Of a stretch of DNA of 41,983 nt, positions 16,850 through 27,137 are shown in pieces. The DNA is from a virus. Its lineage: Duplodnaviria; Caudoviricetes. Both the position numbers and the translations under genes were made by a program. Location of the stretch: the IMG/VR virus record IMGVR_UViG_3300040734_000097, positions 1 through 41,983 of that record; one strand, written 5' to 3'. Within the stretch, counting starts at the first letter, position 1. Every line of letters starts with the position of its first letter. The notes under the pieces were generated by a model that saw only the letters and a list, made by a program, of their open reading frames with translations, did not search any database and was not told the DNA's origin.

Positions 16850-17527
16850 TCATGGTTTACATGATTTGCATGGTTTGTATCCTGCCTTATCAGCATCTTC
16901 CTTGGTCTTGAATACTACCAAATTTGACTCTGAAATCTTCTTTGCCCATTGGCAAGTCGGTTTGTGATACTTGTTTGAGTTTTTAGAAGCATAATAGTAT
17001 CCTGCATTTAAGATATTGGATTTATTGCTTATACCATGTCTGAACTCCCAAGGCGGTATGGGATTGCTTGTGCTCCATAAATTGATTTTGTTTGCTTTTG
17101 CTTTACTCTCCATTGCGGCGAGGGTTTTGCTGTTACTATATTGCTTGTAGTGCCAAGCAAGTCCAGATCGCACCAACTCTTCATTTAGTACATTCCCATT
17201 AGGCAGAATTACATCAGCTACATATCTGCCATATCGGTCTTTATCAATTACCCATGCTGTTACTGTCTTTCCAAAACAATGTTCAGATGTATATTGCTTG
17301 GCTCTGCTGCCGAAGTCTTGCTTCTTTTCAGGGCAGTCAATGCCATTGAGTCTTATTCGGTAGGTTTCTTTGTTACTTAAGATTTCGATAGTGTCACCGT
17401 CTTGTACTGAGACGACCTTTCCCGTGATATTATATGAAAACATCTCAGATGAAAGAAGTATCGCAAATATAAGCAAAGATATCTGTAGGAGCGAGAATGA
17501 CTTGTAAATAGGTTTAATTAAAGCCAC
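16850..17527 (-). CDS. Exported thermonuclease (SNase) with C-terminal Ada-like metal-binding domain
   Basis: DGDT, IRLNGIDCPE, DRYGR, GLAW motifs; YH...C...GYKPCKSC. Start placed at GTG 17527 (AAGGA RBS), followed by a signal-like hydrophobic segment. Confidence 0.85.
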   Translation of the reverse strand: MALIKPIYKSFSLLQISLLIFAILLSSEMFSYNITGKVVSVQDGDTIEILSNKETYRIRLNGIDCPEKKQDFGSRAKQYTSEHCFGKTVTAWVIDKDRYGRYVADVILPNGNVLNEELVRSGLAWHYKQYSNSKTLAAMESKAKANKINLWSTSNPIPPWEFRHGISNKSNILNAGYYYASKNSNKYHKPTCQWAKKISESNLVVFKTKEDADKAGYKPCKSCKP

Positions 17528-17723
17528 TTCTGTATTGTCCTTTATCTTGGAAACGCTTTTGACATTCATTGCATTTATGGGTGGGGCTGTCATTATCAAT
17601 GCAACAACCACCAAGGATTATCGTTCCCTGTTCAGATTTTTCCCACATCTTGGGTCTGGGGTAACCGTACATAATAGGTGTCAGCTTGACTGAGCCACAA
17701 TATGGGCATTTCAGCTTAATCAA
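17514..17723 (-). CDS. Small Cys-rich zinc-binding protein
   Basis: CPYCG...IMYGYP...GGCC...CNEC; GAGG RBS just after the res stop. Confidence 0.7.
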   Translation of the reverse strand: MIKLKCPYCGSVKLTPIMYGYPRPKMWEKSEQGTIILGGCCIDNDSPTHKCNECQKRFQDKGQYRSGFN

Positions 17724-17729
17724 AACACC

Positions 17730-20351
17730 TCAAGTTCCCTTGGTTATAGTTGAGGGGAAGTTCAGTTGTTTTGTTAATGCCTTAGTACCTGGTATGATTT
17801 GGTATCCCATTCCACTTTCTACGGCCATAAGACGCGTGTATTCCTCTTTTGCTTTTACAACTTCACTATCAATCATATTGTCAGCTTTTACTTCGATGAT
17901 CAGGTAGCTCCCATTGACATCCCTCACCAGAAAGTCTGGATAGTAGTATCGCACTGTTTGAGATATTGGATCAATATAGCTGATTCTGAAGTCAGTTTGT
18001 CCATGGGTTAGCATTCCTGTAAAATAGACTTTCTCCACTTTTACATCTTGCAGTAGTCTCCAGAATAGGTCATTTTCAGGTCGTGAATCAAAGCAGTAGT
18101 GATCTAAGTGAAAAGATTTGTGCTGTTTCTGCTTAGCCTGATCATCTTCAATGCTGACCGTGAGTTCCGGAAGGTTGGAAATCTCATAGAATCCTTTGGG
18201 AGGGTCGTTTACCAGTTTAATTTCCCGGTCTTCGATTTCCTGACTTTCTACTATCTCATACAAAGCCCTGAATATCCGAGGAATGACCCAGTCATATAAT
18301 AGGTCATTGTACTCATTAACTTTATCCAGTACTTTGCCAATTGCTGGGACAGCTTTTCCCATTATAGTTTCAACACTCAAGGGGCTCTCATTAAGATATC
18401 GAGAAATCTCAGCAATCAACATAAGCTCTGTATATTCAATCTTATGCCGAACATCCTTTGTGACATCGACGGCTTTGCCGGCAGTCTTACCAAGATTTTC
18501 GATAGCTGTTCCGGTAACAGTAATCTTGTACTTTGCCAGTATCTCTTCGTTTAAATGCTCAAAATCGAAGTTAACTGCTTCGGAAGTAGCTTTAGGTATC
18601 AAATCAAAGCGTTTATGCACACGCCTAAGCTTTATTAAGACAGGCGGGGGGACTATTCTGACTTCATATTTCTGTGTTTTGTTATCCTTACCTCCTATAT
18701 CAGAGATCGTCAGGCGGAAGTTGTCTTGTAACTCATCTTCAAGGGTGCTCTTATTCTCTTCAGATAGATAAATGTGGGCGGTCAATTGATTTTCAGTAAG
18801 AGAGCGGAGACATCGCATAGATGCCTGCAATACGAATATTTTGGAATCTGGCTTACGATGAAGAGCAACGGCACAAAGTGATCGGCAATTCCAACCTTCT
18901 TTGCCTTTGTTTACTAACAGAATAACCTGTTTGTTAGAGTTCGGATCATCAAGATGGCGAAACTGGTAGATCTGTTCATTGCTGGCACCTTCATGGTTTG
19001 TAAGAATAACGTCATCTGTAATATCTAGTTCATCAAGCACCTTCTGAACTTCAGGTTTTAAGTCCGTTTCCAGAGAATCTATTGTCGTTGCAAAGAAAGC
19101 TATTTTTGGCAGCATCCCCTCATATCTCTTATTCCCATGGTACTTGAAGAATTCTTTTAATACCATAGAAACGAATTCAGCAGTGCGAGCATTATCTAAA
19201 CCATAAACCATTGCTCGTTTCAAGTACTTGTTATCTATAGCGTGTTTCAATCCATAGCTATATACAACTTCGGGAAGTAGCTGTTTCTTCACAAATGGAG
19301 TCCCAGTATAGTTGTAGCAAGCAACTACATGTGTTCCTCGCTTTTCGAGAGCTTTTGTGAGCTCATTTATGGTCAACCGGAGGCTTGTAGTTGCTTTTAC
19401 ATCTAACAAGTCTTTTTCTAACTTACTACCAAATGCATGGTGCGCCTCATCAACATAGATTCCAATTTGATGAAGCCTGGACAGCTTTTCGAACCTTTGA
19501 TTAGTCATAAGATCTGCATCGTTGCTAACTTCATAGAGGTCATCATAGGCACCTGAGGGCAGCCCGTCACCAGATTGTGATGGTTTATCTACCAGATCGT
19601 TAAAAAGCATCTGTGCTGCGCTCTGTAGTGTCCGGCGCTGTTTGAGAATAATTTTCTGAGTGTTTGAGATGATAATATTGAAAGTTGATTTGTCTATTAC
19701 GCTCAGAGACATGCCGCTTTCATCCATGAAATGGAATTTTAGATTTGCATCTAACCAGCTTGCATATTCTGGAGGTACCACTTGGCTTTTATCGAAAGTC
19801 ATGATCTCTTTTAGAGACTGCAGTACAGTGAGGTCTGGAGCGAAAACAATGACGTTATGACAGTACTTGTCACTTTTAGGGTATTTGTTTGCCAGCAGAA
19901 ACTCGTAGAAGATCATCGTTGCCATCAGTATCGTCTTACCGACACCCATAGTTAAAGCAAAGATATAGTTGGTGTAACCAGGAGCAAATGCTTTCATGCT
20001 CTCATAATAATCTCCATAGTCATCTGCTCCAGTATCATATATGGTTAGCTGTCCATCGACAGCTTTATTCTTTTCTGCTCCAGCAAACTCTTCAATACCA
20101 TCTCTCCATTTATCAAAAACATCCTTAAGCGGTTTGTTGTTTAGGTACTCCTTGAGAAAGACATATATTTCTAAAGCTTGATACTGCGGTAATCGCAGAA
20201 ACGATGTCCCCTCGGAAGGATCATTATAGGCTAAGAACTTCTTTGTAAGTGGAGTATAAGTTACTACGATCCTTTTCTTATGGCTTTCATAGAAATGCCA
20301 GAGATAATCATAGAAGGGGAATATCTCGTTGCTGGTCTTTTTCTTTGCCAT
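17730..20351 (-). CDS. Type III restriction enzyme Res subunit-like helicase-nuclease
   Basis: TMGVGKT, DEAHH, TGT, KEGWN, Q..MRCLR and C-terminal YPDF...IEVK. Confidence 0.85.
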   Translation of the reverse strand: MAKKKTSNEIFPFYDYLWHFYESHKKRIVVTYTPLTKKFLAYNDPSEGTSFLRLPQYQALEIYVFLKEYLNNKPLKDVFDKWRDGIEEFAGAEKNKAVDGQLTIYDTGADDYGDYYESMKAFAPGYTNYIFALTMGVGKTILMATMIFYEFLLANKYPKSDKYCHNVIVFAPDLTVLQSLKEIMTFDKSQVVPPEYASWLDANLKFHFMDESGMSLSVIDKSTFNIIISNTQKIILKQRRTLQSAAQMLFNDLVDKPSQSGDGLPSGAYDDLYEVSNDADLMTNQRFEKLSRLHQIGIYVDEAHHAFGSKLEKDLLDVKATTSLRLTINELTKALEKRGTHVVACYNYTGTPFVKKQLLPEVVYSYGLKHAIDNKYLKRAMVYGLDNARTAEFVSMVLKEFFKYHGNKRYEGMLPKIAFFATTIDSLETDLKPEVQKVLDELDITDDVILTNHEGASNEQIYQFRHLDDPNSNKQVILLVNKGKEGWNCRSLCAVALHRKPDSKIFVLQASMRCLRSLTENQLTAHIYLSEENKSTLEDELQDNFRLTISDIGGKDNKTQKYEVRIVPPPVLIKLRRVHKRFDLIPKATSEAVNFDFEHLNEEILAKYKITVTGTAIENLGKTAGKAVDVTKDVRHKIEYTELMLIAEISRYLNESPLSVETIMGKAVPAIGKVLDKVNEYNDLLYDWVIPRIFRALYEIVESQEIEDREIKLVNDPPKGFYEISNLPELTVSIEDDQAKQKQHKSFHLDHYCFDSRPENDLFWRLLQDVKVEKVYFTGMLTHGQTDFRISYIDPISQTVRYYYPDFLVRDVNGSYLIIEVKADNMIDSEVVKAKEEYTRLMAVESGMGYQIIPGTKALTKQLNFPSTITKGT

Positions 20352-20353
20352 AT

Positions 20354-22156
20354 CTATACCTCAATATCTATTTCGATTGATTCAGATAGCAAGTCAGTAA
20401 TCTTCACCCTAATATGTCCATTATCAGCAGGTATTAGGTAACTCCCCACGACGATGCTCTTTTTATCAGGGACATCGATCACTGTAGGGTTCAAAACAGC
20501 TCCATCGTAATTGAAATCAATCATGATCGAATCAACAAGCTCTCGCCAGTCTCCAATCATGGTTTTATCCAGACTTAGCTTACCTAATAGGTTCATTGGA
20601 TAGAAGCTCTTAACGAGCAGTTTCCCGTTATCAATTACAATTTTGGCTTCAGAGTCACGTTTAAATTGGAGGTCTTTGCCTTTCAAAATGTCTATTACCT
20701 CTACTGTAATCTTGATAGGATGAGCCATTTTCTCAAGCTCCACAGCCAAATCGGGTTCATGCCCCATGCATACCAATTCAATGTCGAGAACTGACTTAGT
20801 AGGGTTTTCAGCTGAGCGTTTTTCCAGTAAAGAGTCCCCAAATACTAGCCTTAACTCCTCTAAGTCAGCTTTGCAAGCTACCCTGTTAACAGGCATTACT
20901 TTAACCATTTTCCCATCTTTTTCTCCGTCCCATATCGATCCGGATGGCAATGGCTGAACTTCCAAAGCCTTAATCAATAATTCCTTAGCTTGAACAGGAT
21001 TGCGAAAAACATCGTAGTTGTTTACATTATAAACTTCAAAACCTGTATAACAGCTTTGCCCTTCAGTCGTCTCATGTAGTTCTTTTGCAACACTTAGTAA
21101 TCGCTTTGATGTCACTTGTATTGCACCAAGGTTGATATCAGCCCCAATAAATCTGCGACCGAGTTTCATGGATACTGCCTGTGTTGTACCTGAACCCATG
21201 AAACAATCAAAGATTATATCACCTGAATTTGATGATGCTTTAATTATCCTACTTAATAGTTTTTCTGGTTTCTGAGTTGGGTAATTAACAAGTTCGGTAT
21301 CTTCAGATACTGCTGCTCGACCTGTTACTTTTGGTATATCTGACCACCAATCATAAGGATTCTTTCCTTCATCAAGGTAGTACTTATATTCCTTTTCATT
21401 TACCCATTTTGTGTAGAATTTTCTGCCATCTGTATCTACTCTGGTGAAAGCTGATGACGATTTATCAGAATACAAATCATAAGGTATTTTAATATCATTC
21501 TTGTTAAGCACAAATTTGCTGATATTCTTTGCATACAAGTATATGTTGTCATGTTTATTAGGAAACCCATCAATTGGTCTTCCTCCTTGAGTATAGCACC
21601 AGATCACTTCATTAATAATATTCCCTGGTCCGAACAACTCATCCATAATTAGTCGCAAAAATGAATTCATATGGTAGTCACAGTGAACATATATACTACC
21701 TGTATCGGATAACAATTCCCTCATCAGAACAAGTCTTTCATACATGAATTGAAGATAGCCATCGTTTGTCCAAATATCACCATATTGTTTCTCTTCAAAT
21801 GCCATATGATCATTAGTGGTTTTTCTGCCGCGAAGTTCAATTTTCATCTTATAATCAGCCTTACTATCAAAAGGGGGATCGATATAGATCAAATCAATCC
21901 TTCCTCGGTACTCTTTTAGCAAATGACTCATCACCTGAAGATTATCACCCCAGAATATTTTGTTCATCCACCCATCTTTCGGTTCCCCATAGGTTTCTTT
22001 AAGTTGCGCAGGGTAATACTGGGTTGACCTGAATGGTCGCTTACCTTGCCAATGTAATTCTGGATAACCTTTTATCGGGTTCGGTTTATCAAATTTGAAT
22101 GTGTCAATTCTGGTTTCTGAGGACTCAATATTCTTGATCTCTGTTTGATCACTCAT
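20354..22156 (-). CDS. Type III Mod-like N6-adenine DNA methyltransferase
   Basis: GDNL, IYIDPPF, YPTQKPE, DCFMGSGTT (beta-class motif order); 2 nt upstream of res. Confidence 0.88.
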   Translation of the reverse strand: MSDQTEIKNIESSETRIDTFKFDKPNPIKGYPELHWQGKRPFRSTQYYPAQLKETYGEPKDGWMNKIFWGDNLQVMSHLLKEYRGRIDLIYIDPPFDSKADYKMKIELRGRKTTNDHMAFEEKQYGDIWTNDGYLQFMYERLVLMRELLSDTGSIYVHCDYHMNSFLRLIMDELFGPGNIINEVIWCYTQGGRPIDGFPNKHDNIYLYAKNISKFVLNKNDIKIPYDLYSDKSSSAFTRVDTDGRKFYTKWVNEKEYKYYLDEGKNPYDWWSDIPKVTGRAAVSEDTELVNYPTQKPEKLLSRIIKASSNSGDIIFDCFMGSGTTQAVSMKLGRRFIGADINLGAIQVTSKRLLSVAKELHETTEGQSCYTGFEVYNVNNYDVFRNPVQAKELLIKALEVQPLPSGSIWDGEKDGKMVKVMPVNRVACKADLEELRLVFGDSLLEKRSAENPTKSVLDIELVCMGHEPDLAVELEKMAHPIKITVEVIDILKGKDLQFKRDSEAKIVIDNGKLLVKSFYPMNLLGKLSLDKTMIGDWRELVDSIMIDFNYDGAVLNPTVIDVPDKKSIVVGSYLIPADNGHIRVKITDLLSESIEIDIEV

Positions 22157-22170
22157 CTTATCTATCTCCC

Positions 22171-25092
22171 TTATTTATACTTACAGTAGTGTCTCATATC
22201 ACAGTTTCCACAGAGCTGCTGGCATTTGACTGTGGATGAATTGTCAAAGTTCTTAGCTTCTATTTGTCGGATGATGCTATCGACGTTTTCTATCGTTATA
22301 GGAATATTTATATTCTTTCTATTCCAGGATATCTGTGGATTACCGCTCTCTTCTGAGGTGTAGTACAGATGTAGTTTGTCAATCTTGTGACCAAACCTTT
22401 CTTCCAGAATATGCGCATAAATTTCCAGTTGCCTTCGATATTGTGAGAGTCTAGGAGCATCATTGGGATTATTTACATCTGGTTTACGAGCATCGGATTT
22501 GAAGTCAATAATATCTATCAGACCATTCTCTCCTCTGATCAGATCTATCTTACCCTTCAAAATGTATTCGCTCTTGACAAGTGAAACCATGACCTCAACT
22601 TCCATAATCTTATCCCAATGTTTCTCATTCTTATCCTTGTAGCGTAGAACCTGTTCCAACGCAATCTGCCGCCTTTGTTCATCCAAGAAAGATGAGAGAG
22701 ATAATTTGAGGTTGTTATAGTTATTGTTTAGCCAATTCTCGATGTTTTCTTTTGTGATTGTCTCACGCTCCCCTCTCAGCACTGCCTTGTGTACGTCTTC
22801 AATAGTTTCGTGTACCAGGGCACCGAATAGAGTAGCCCCCACTCTTACTTCAGAGAATCCCAGAGCCCTGAAAAATTTATAGAAGAGGGGGCAGTGTTCG
22901 TATGATATTATGTCCCCTGTATACGAATACTCTTTCTTAATAGTTGAGACAACTACTTGATCAGCCCGGAGCTTCTTCAGAGAGGTTTTTTTAGTAGCCC
23001 AATCCTGAAGACTGGGATACACAGCATGGAAGTATTTGCTGGGTACTTTTCTCCCTTCAGTAGTTTCATTTGCAGCTAATATAAGCAGATTCTTAGCACG
23101 CGAGAAAGCAGTATAATACAATCTCCAGAAATCAAAATACTTAGTTTTGCCTAAAGGCTCATATGACTTCCGTACTAGTCCCAAATCTTCCAGCATGACA
23201 TCTAAATCAGTAAATTGCTTTCGTGGCACTGCTTCCATTGATCCAACTACAGTGATAGGAAACTCAAGACCTTTCGCTTGGTGAACAGTCATAAATGATA
23301 CTGATCCAGCAGGTGTCAGCACATCAAAGTCCTCATATTCCTCAAGTCCACCTTCTTTAAGAAAGCGCATGAAGTAACCAAAGAAAGAAACCAATATCCC
23401 CTGTAGATTCGAAGGATTTAATCCCGATATTCGCTCATTTGCTTCGAACTTGGTAATGATCTGTGTCAACAAAGCCAGGTTAAAAGCCGCTCGTTGTCGG
23501 TTAGCACTGTCCCTAAGATCAACATCCAAATAGACCGTTAAGATGCTGAACTGGAAACATTCGTAGAGAATTGATGATAGCCTCAGATTAGTTCTTGATT
23601 TTAAGGGATTAAATATATCAGACGTTCTCTTTAACCATTTTTTTAGCTCTTCATGTTCAGCACCGTTGCTGCGAATAATTTTGGCAACAAGGTCACGGCA
23701 AAGACCGTAATAGCTATGTATATCTTCATCATTGACCTTACCGGCGAGTAAAATGCTATCAATTGATCGAAAAACAAGCAGCAATAGACCAATTGCAGTC
23801 ATGACCTCATTACGAGTAAAGAACATATCTGAGCGAGGAGCAAATACGCTGATGCCTTTCTTGGTAAGAGAATTGATGAGAGAAGTAACTTTATCACTTT
23901 TGACAGACCTAAAGAGGAAACAGATTTGGTTGTAATCTGTTATGACACCTTCACTCTTACAGAATGTAATGAAATCATATACCCTGGATTCCCATTCATC
24001 CTTGTTATCTGTATCTGATATTTTGAGAACTGCTGGATGTTTGGGGAACTTTTTATTGGGGGGTGGCTTAATGGTTTTCTCATAGCGGAATTGTCCCCAT
24101 TCAAAGTCAACAGTTTGTTCCATCCAATTGTTATAGAATCTGATTATCTCAGGGTGAGATCGATAGTTTGTCTGGAGCCGGATTATCTTGCATTTGTCTG
24201 CCGGGAAATGACTCGTAAAAGTAAGGATGTTTCTTATTGTCGCACCCCGGAATCTGTATAATCCTTGGTCATCATCTCCGACTACACAGATATTCTGTCT
24301 TGTTGGTAACAGGAGTTTGAACAGTATTTTCTCTTGGATAGTATTGGTATCCTGATACTCATCGATCAGGATGTAACGAAACTGCTCACCTAAAGCTTGA
24401 GCTACAGAAGGGTGATTTTCCAACAATTCCAGAAAGGCGGTTTGGATGTAAGTAAAATCCAGTGCATTCTGCCCTGCAAGAAGACTCCTGTAAATTTCAT
24501 AGAAGTCTGCCATTATCTTAAGTTCATCCGTGTCTGATGCCTTCAATTGAGTAACAGAGATGCCCTCTTCTCCAATTTTACTTACATGTTTTATCACCAG
24601 CTCTGCTTTCGCCCAGCCATTGAACTTATGTTTAATGAGCCTTTCATGTGGGTCAATCTCATCAAACTTGCGAATGTGCTTATAGATCAAATACTGGAGA
24701 TCGAAACTATCTAGGATGCGGTAATTTTTATTGAGTGTGGTATGTTCCCTATAATCTTCGAGTAATCGTAAGAAGATAGAGTGTAAGGTGCCAATATATA
24801 AGTCATTGACATTTGTTGAGTTTCCGAGTTGTATCAGCCTATCTGATATGCGTGATATGAGTTCTCTTGCTGCCTTTTCTGTGAAAGTAGATACTAATAC
24901 ATTCTCAGGGTCAATCTGCTTCACGACCAGAAGATAAACCACTTTCTCTACTAGAGTCTTTGTTTTCCCTGAACCAGGTCCCGCTATAATCAATAGAGGA
25001 CCTTCAGTGTGTCTAATAGCTGTAACCTTGGCAGCATCAACATCCAATGATCTTATATAATTTTCGTCGCTATGATCTTGCAACATACTCAT
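22171..25092 (-). CDS. UvrD/Rep SF1 helicase fused to a PD-(D/E)xK (AddB/Cas4-like) nuclease
   Basis: AGPGSGKT, DEYQD, VGDDDQ.LY.FRGA, NYRS, TVHQAKGLEF, YTAFSRA; then CP, GKID..IIDFK, QL..Y and CGNC...C. Confidence 0.88.
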   Translation of the reverse strand: MSMLQDHSDENYIRSLDVDAAKVTAIRHTEGPLLIIAGPGSGKTKTLVEKVVYLLVVKQIDPENVLVSTFTEKAARELISRISDRLIQLGNSTNVNDLYIGTLHSIFLRLLEDYREHTTLNKNYRILDSFDLQYLIYKHIRKFDEIDPHERLIKHKFNGWAKAELVIKHVSKIGEEGISVTQLKASDTDELKIMADFYEIYRSLLAGQNALDFTYIQTAFLELLENHPSVAQALGEQFRYILIDEYQDTNTIQEKILFKLLLPTRQNICVVGDDDQGLYRFRGATIRNILTFTSHFPADKCKIIRLQTNYRSHPEIIRFYNNWMEQTVDFEWGQFRYEKTIKPPPNKKFPKHPAVLKISDTDNKDEWESRVYDFITFCKSEGVITDYNQICFLFRSVKSDKVTSLINSLTKKGISVFAPRSDMFFTRNEVMTAIGLLLLVFRSIDSILLAGKVNDEDIHSYYGLCRDLVAKIIRSNGAEHEELKKWLKRTSDIFNPLKSRTNLRLSSILYECFQFSILTVYLDVDLRDSANRQRAAFNLALLTQIITKFEANERISGLNPSNLQGILVSFFGYFMRFLKEGGLEEYEDFDVLTPAGSVSFMTVHQAKGLEFPITVVGSMEAVPRKQFTDLDVMLEDLGLVRKSYEPLGKTKYFDFWRLYYTAFSRAKNLLILAANETTEGRKVPSKYFHAVYPSLQDWATKKTSLKKLRADQVVVSTIKKEYSYTGDIISYEHCPLFYKFFRALGFSEVRVGATLFGALVHETIEDVHKAVLRGERETITKENIENWLNNNYNNLKLSLSSFLDEQRRQIALEQVLRYKDKNEKHWDKIMEVEVMVSLVKSEYILKGKIDLIRGENGLIDIIDFKSDARKPDVNNPNDAPRLSQYRRQLEIYAHILEERFGHKIDKLHLYYTSEESGNPQISWNRKNINIPITIENVDSIIRQIEAKNFDNSSTVKCQQLCGNCDMRHYCKYK

Positions 25093-25370
25093 CCCATCTA
25101 TGCATTTTCTTTAATTCCTTTTTCTGGATGGGAGCAACTTCCGCCAAGGTTTTGCTTGTGCTTTACCATAACATACTAAACAACACCACGTAACACACTC
25201 ATTACATCAGTAAACTATGGATAAAACCCACCCTTATTCAACTATATACAAAAGACATATCTGTCAATACTAAATTCTGTCGCATCGTTATGCATCCGTA
25301 TTTGTGTTTATATGGGGTCATGGCTTCCTTGCACTGGATACAGAATCCAATAGCAATGCAAGGAGATACG

Positions 25371-25796
25371 ATGGATGCCACGCTTCAGGAACGCATCAAA
25401 GAACAACTTGTGAGACACGAAGGTCTGAGGTTGAAACCATACCGCTGTCCGGCAGGCAAGCTGACCATTGGTGTTGGCCGTAACCTGGATGACAATGGTA
25501 TATCAACATCCGAAGCTTACGAACTGCTATCCAATGACATTTGTAACTGTGAAGAGCAGCTATTAGATGAGATTCCTGAGATTTACAATGCTCTGGATGA
25601 AGTCCGCAAGTCGGTGCTACTCAATATGTGTTTCAACCTGGGCATCAAAGGACTCCTAGAGTTCAAGAATACTCTTGCATTTATTGGTGCCGGAGACTGG
25701 GAAAGGGCTGCCAATGGCATGCTGGCATCCAGGTGGGCAAAGCAGGTTGGTCGCAGGGCTATTGAGCTTTCTGAACTGATGAGGAAGGGACATTGA
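25371..25796 (+). CDS. Phage lysozyme (T4-like/GH24 fold)
   Basis: HEGLRLKPYRCPAGKLTIGVGRNL, NMCFNLG, SRWAKQV; AGGAG RBS before ATG 25371. Confidence 0.88.
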   Translation: MDATLQERIKEQLVRHEGLRLKPYRCPAGKLTIGVGRNLDDNGISTSEAYELLSNDICNCEEQLLDEIPEIYNALDEVRKSVLLNMCFNLGIKGLLEFKNTLAFIGAGDWERAANGMLASRWAKQVGRRAIELSELMRKGH

Positions 25797-26251
25797 TACC
25801 CATCCCGGTAGAGATAGATGCCATGCTAGCCATCCTCAATCTGCCCAAGGAGATGGGCGATAACGGCATATTCAAAGAACACCGGACTCTGATTCTGGAG
25901 ATGGTTCGGTCTGTGGTAATGCCTGAGAGTTACAGCCGGGCTATCCAGGATGATATACCAGAGGATGACCCCTTCTGTGTCTCTTTTCGTTTTGGGTTCT
26001 GTTTCCTGATGCTGCACAGTACTTGTGAGTTCCTCAATTTGAAGACCCTGGGCGAGGGCATAGTCAAGACCGTAGGATTAGACCAGTCTGCTACCGAACT
26101 TCTCACAGGGAGCGAAATTGACGCATTCAAAGCCAACCTTGAACTAAGAGCACTGACTGGGCTTAGTAACTATCTCAATCAGCATGGTCAGGCCCGCATG
26201 GATGAACTGAAACCCAGACCTGCCCGGGCTATCCGGGTGGGAGTGATCTGA
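25793..26251 (+). CDS. Phage protein, possible head-tail adaptor
   Basis: Coupled ORF in the late operon; assignment from size and context only. Confidence 0.4.
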   Translation: MIPIPVEIDAMLAILNLPKEMGDNGIFKEHRTLILEMVRSVVMPESYSRAIQDDIPEDDPFCVSFRFGFCFLMLHSTCEFLNLKTLGEGIVKTVGLDQSATELLTGSEIDAFKANLELRALTGLSNYLNQHGQARMDELKPRPARAIRVGVI

Positions 26252-26739
26252 TGCATGATAACTATATTACTCCGGATGAATTGATGCGGGAGATCTACCG
26301 GGCTATCTATACTGCTCTGGAGAGCCGCTTACACCTAATCGGCTCTGTGATCGATGCCGAGTCCCGCAAGGAGATCCTGGCACAGCAGATCTATGACAAG
26401 GGCGACTTCTATGGCAATACCAGTTATCTGCTGCAGACCACCGATACTGCCATGATTCTTAGAGTGGGTTCCAATGTGAAACATGAACCTTTCGTTTTGG
26501 GTGGCAAAGTGCCTTCCTGGACTCCGATCGCTCCACTCATCGCTTGGGTCGAACGCAAGCACCTGTCCTGGACTGATAGAGAGACAGGGAAAGCACTGAC
26601 CGTAGCCGAGATCGCTTATCTCATCCGGGGCAAGATCAAGCGGGAAGGCATCGCTGCCCGTAATGTGTTTTCTCAGGTCATAGCTAACCGGGAGCAGTGG
26701 ATATACCAACAACTCAATGATATAGAGGTCAGTCTATGA
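26251..26739 (+). CDS. Phage neck/tail-completion protein (HK97 gp10/Mu gpG-like)
   Basis: DKG.F..., VGSNV.H..FV..G, PL.AWV..K and I.R.GI.ARN pattern. Confidence 0.6.
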   Translation: MHDNYITPDELMREIYRAIYTALESRLHLIGSVIDAESRKEILAQQIYDKGDFYGNTSYLLQTTDTAMILRVGSNVKHEPFVLGGKVPSWTPIAPLIAWVERKHLSWTDRETGKALTVAEIAYLIRGKIKREGIAARNVFSQVIANREQWIYQQLNDIEVSL

Positions 26740-27137
26740 CAAATCATGAAAGATTCCTCGCAGAAAGAAAGCGGATAGAAGATGCGCTTAAGTTTTCCGA
26801 TGTCCCCACCATCCAGTTCAACAAGGATGCAATCCCCAAGCAGTTACCCTGCGCTATTGTGATCCTGGACTCAGAGACAGGCAAGAACGGCACTTCCCGT
26901 CAGTATGTAAGTACCGATATCGCCTGGACAATCTTCCTGATCGTCAATGCCCAGAATGTAGCTGATCCTGATTCTGACTTGTATATGCTCAAAGAGAAGT
27001 TCCGCTCTTTCTACCTCAAACTGATGAACCGGGACCTGCCCAGTGTGGAGTATTACACTTCCAGAATAGACGGAACCAGACTGGTCAGGATAGCCAAGAT
27101 CGACCTGCTGAAGGTTGGCACCGGAGCAAGCTCTTGA
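26736..27137 (+). CDS. Phage protein, possible tail terminator
   Basis: 133 aa with LPCAIV motif; coupled to the gp10-like gene. Confidence 0.4.
   Translation: MTNHERFLAERKRIEDALKFSDVPTIQFNKDAIPKQLPCAIVILDSETGKNGTSRQYVSTDIAWTIFLIVNAQNVADPDSDLYMLKEKFRSFYLKLMNRDLPSVEYYTSRIDGTRLVRIAKIDLLKVGTGASS

Noticed and set aside
22171-22950. Cas4 as evidence of a CRISPR-associated or CAST system
   Set aside because: It is a C-terminal AddB/Cas4-like domain fused to UvrD; no other cas genes, TniQ or array are present.
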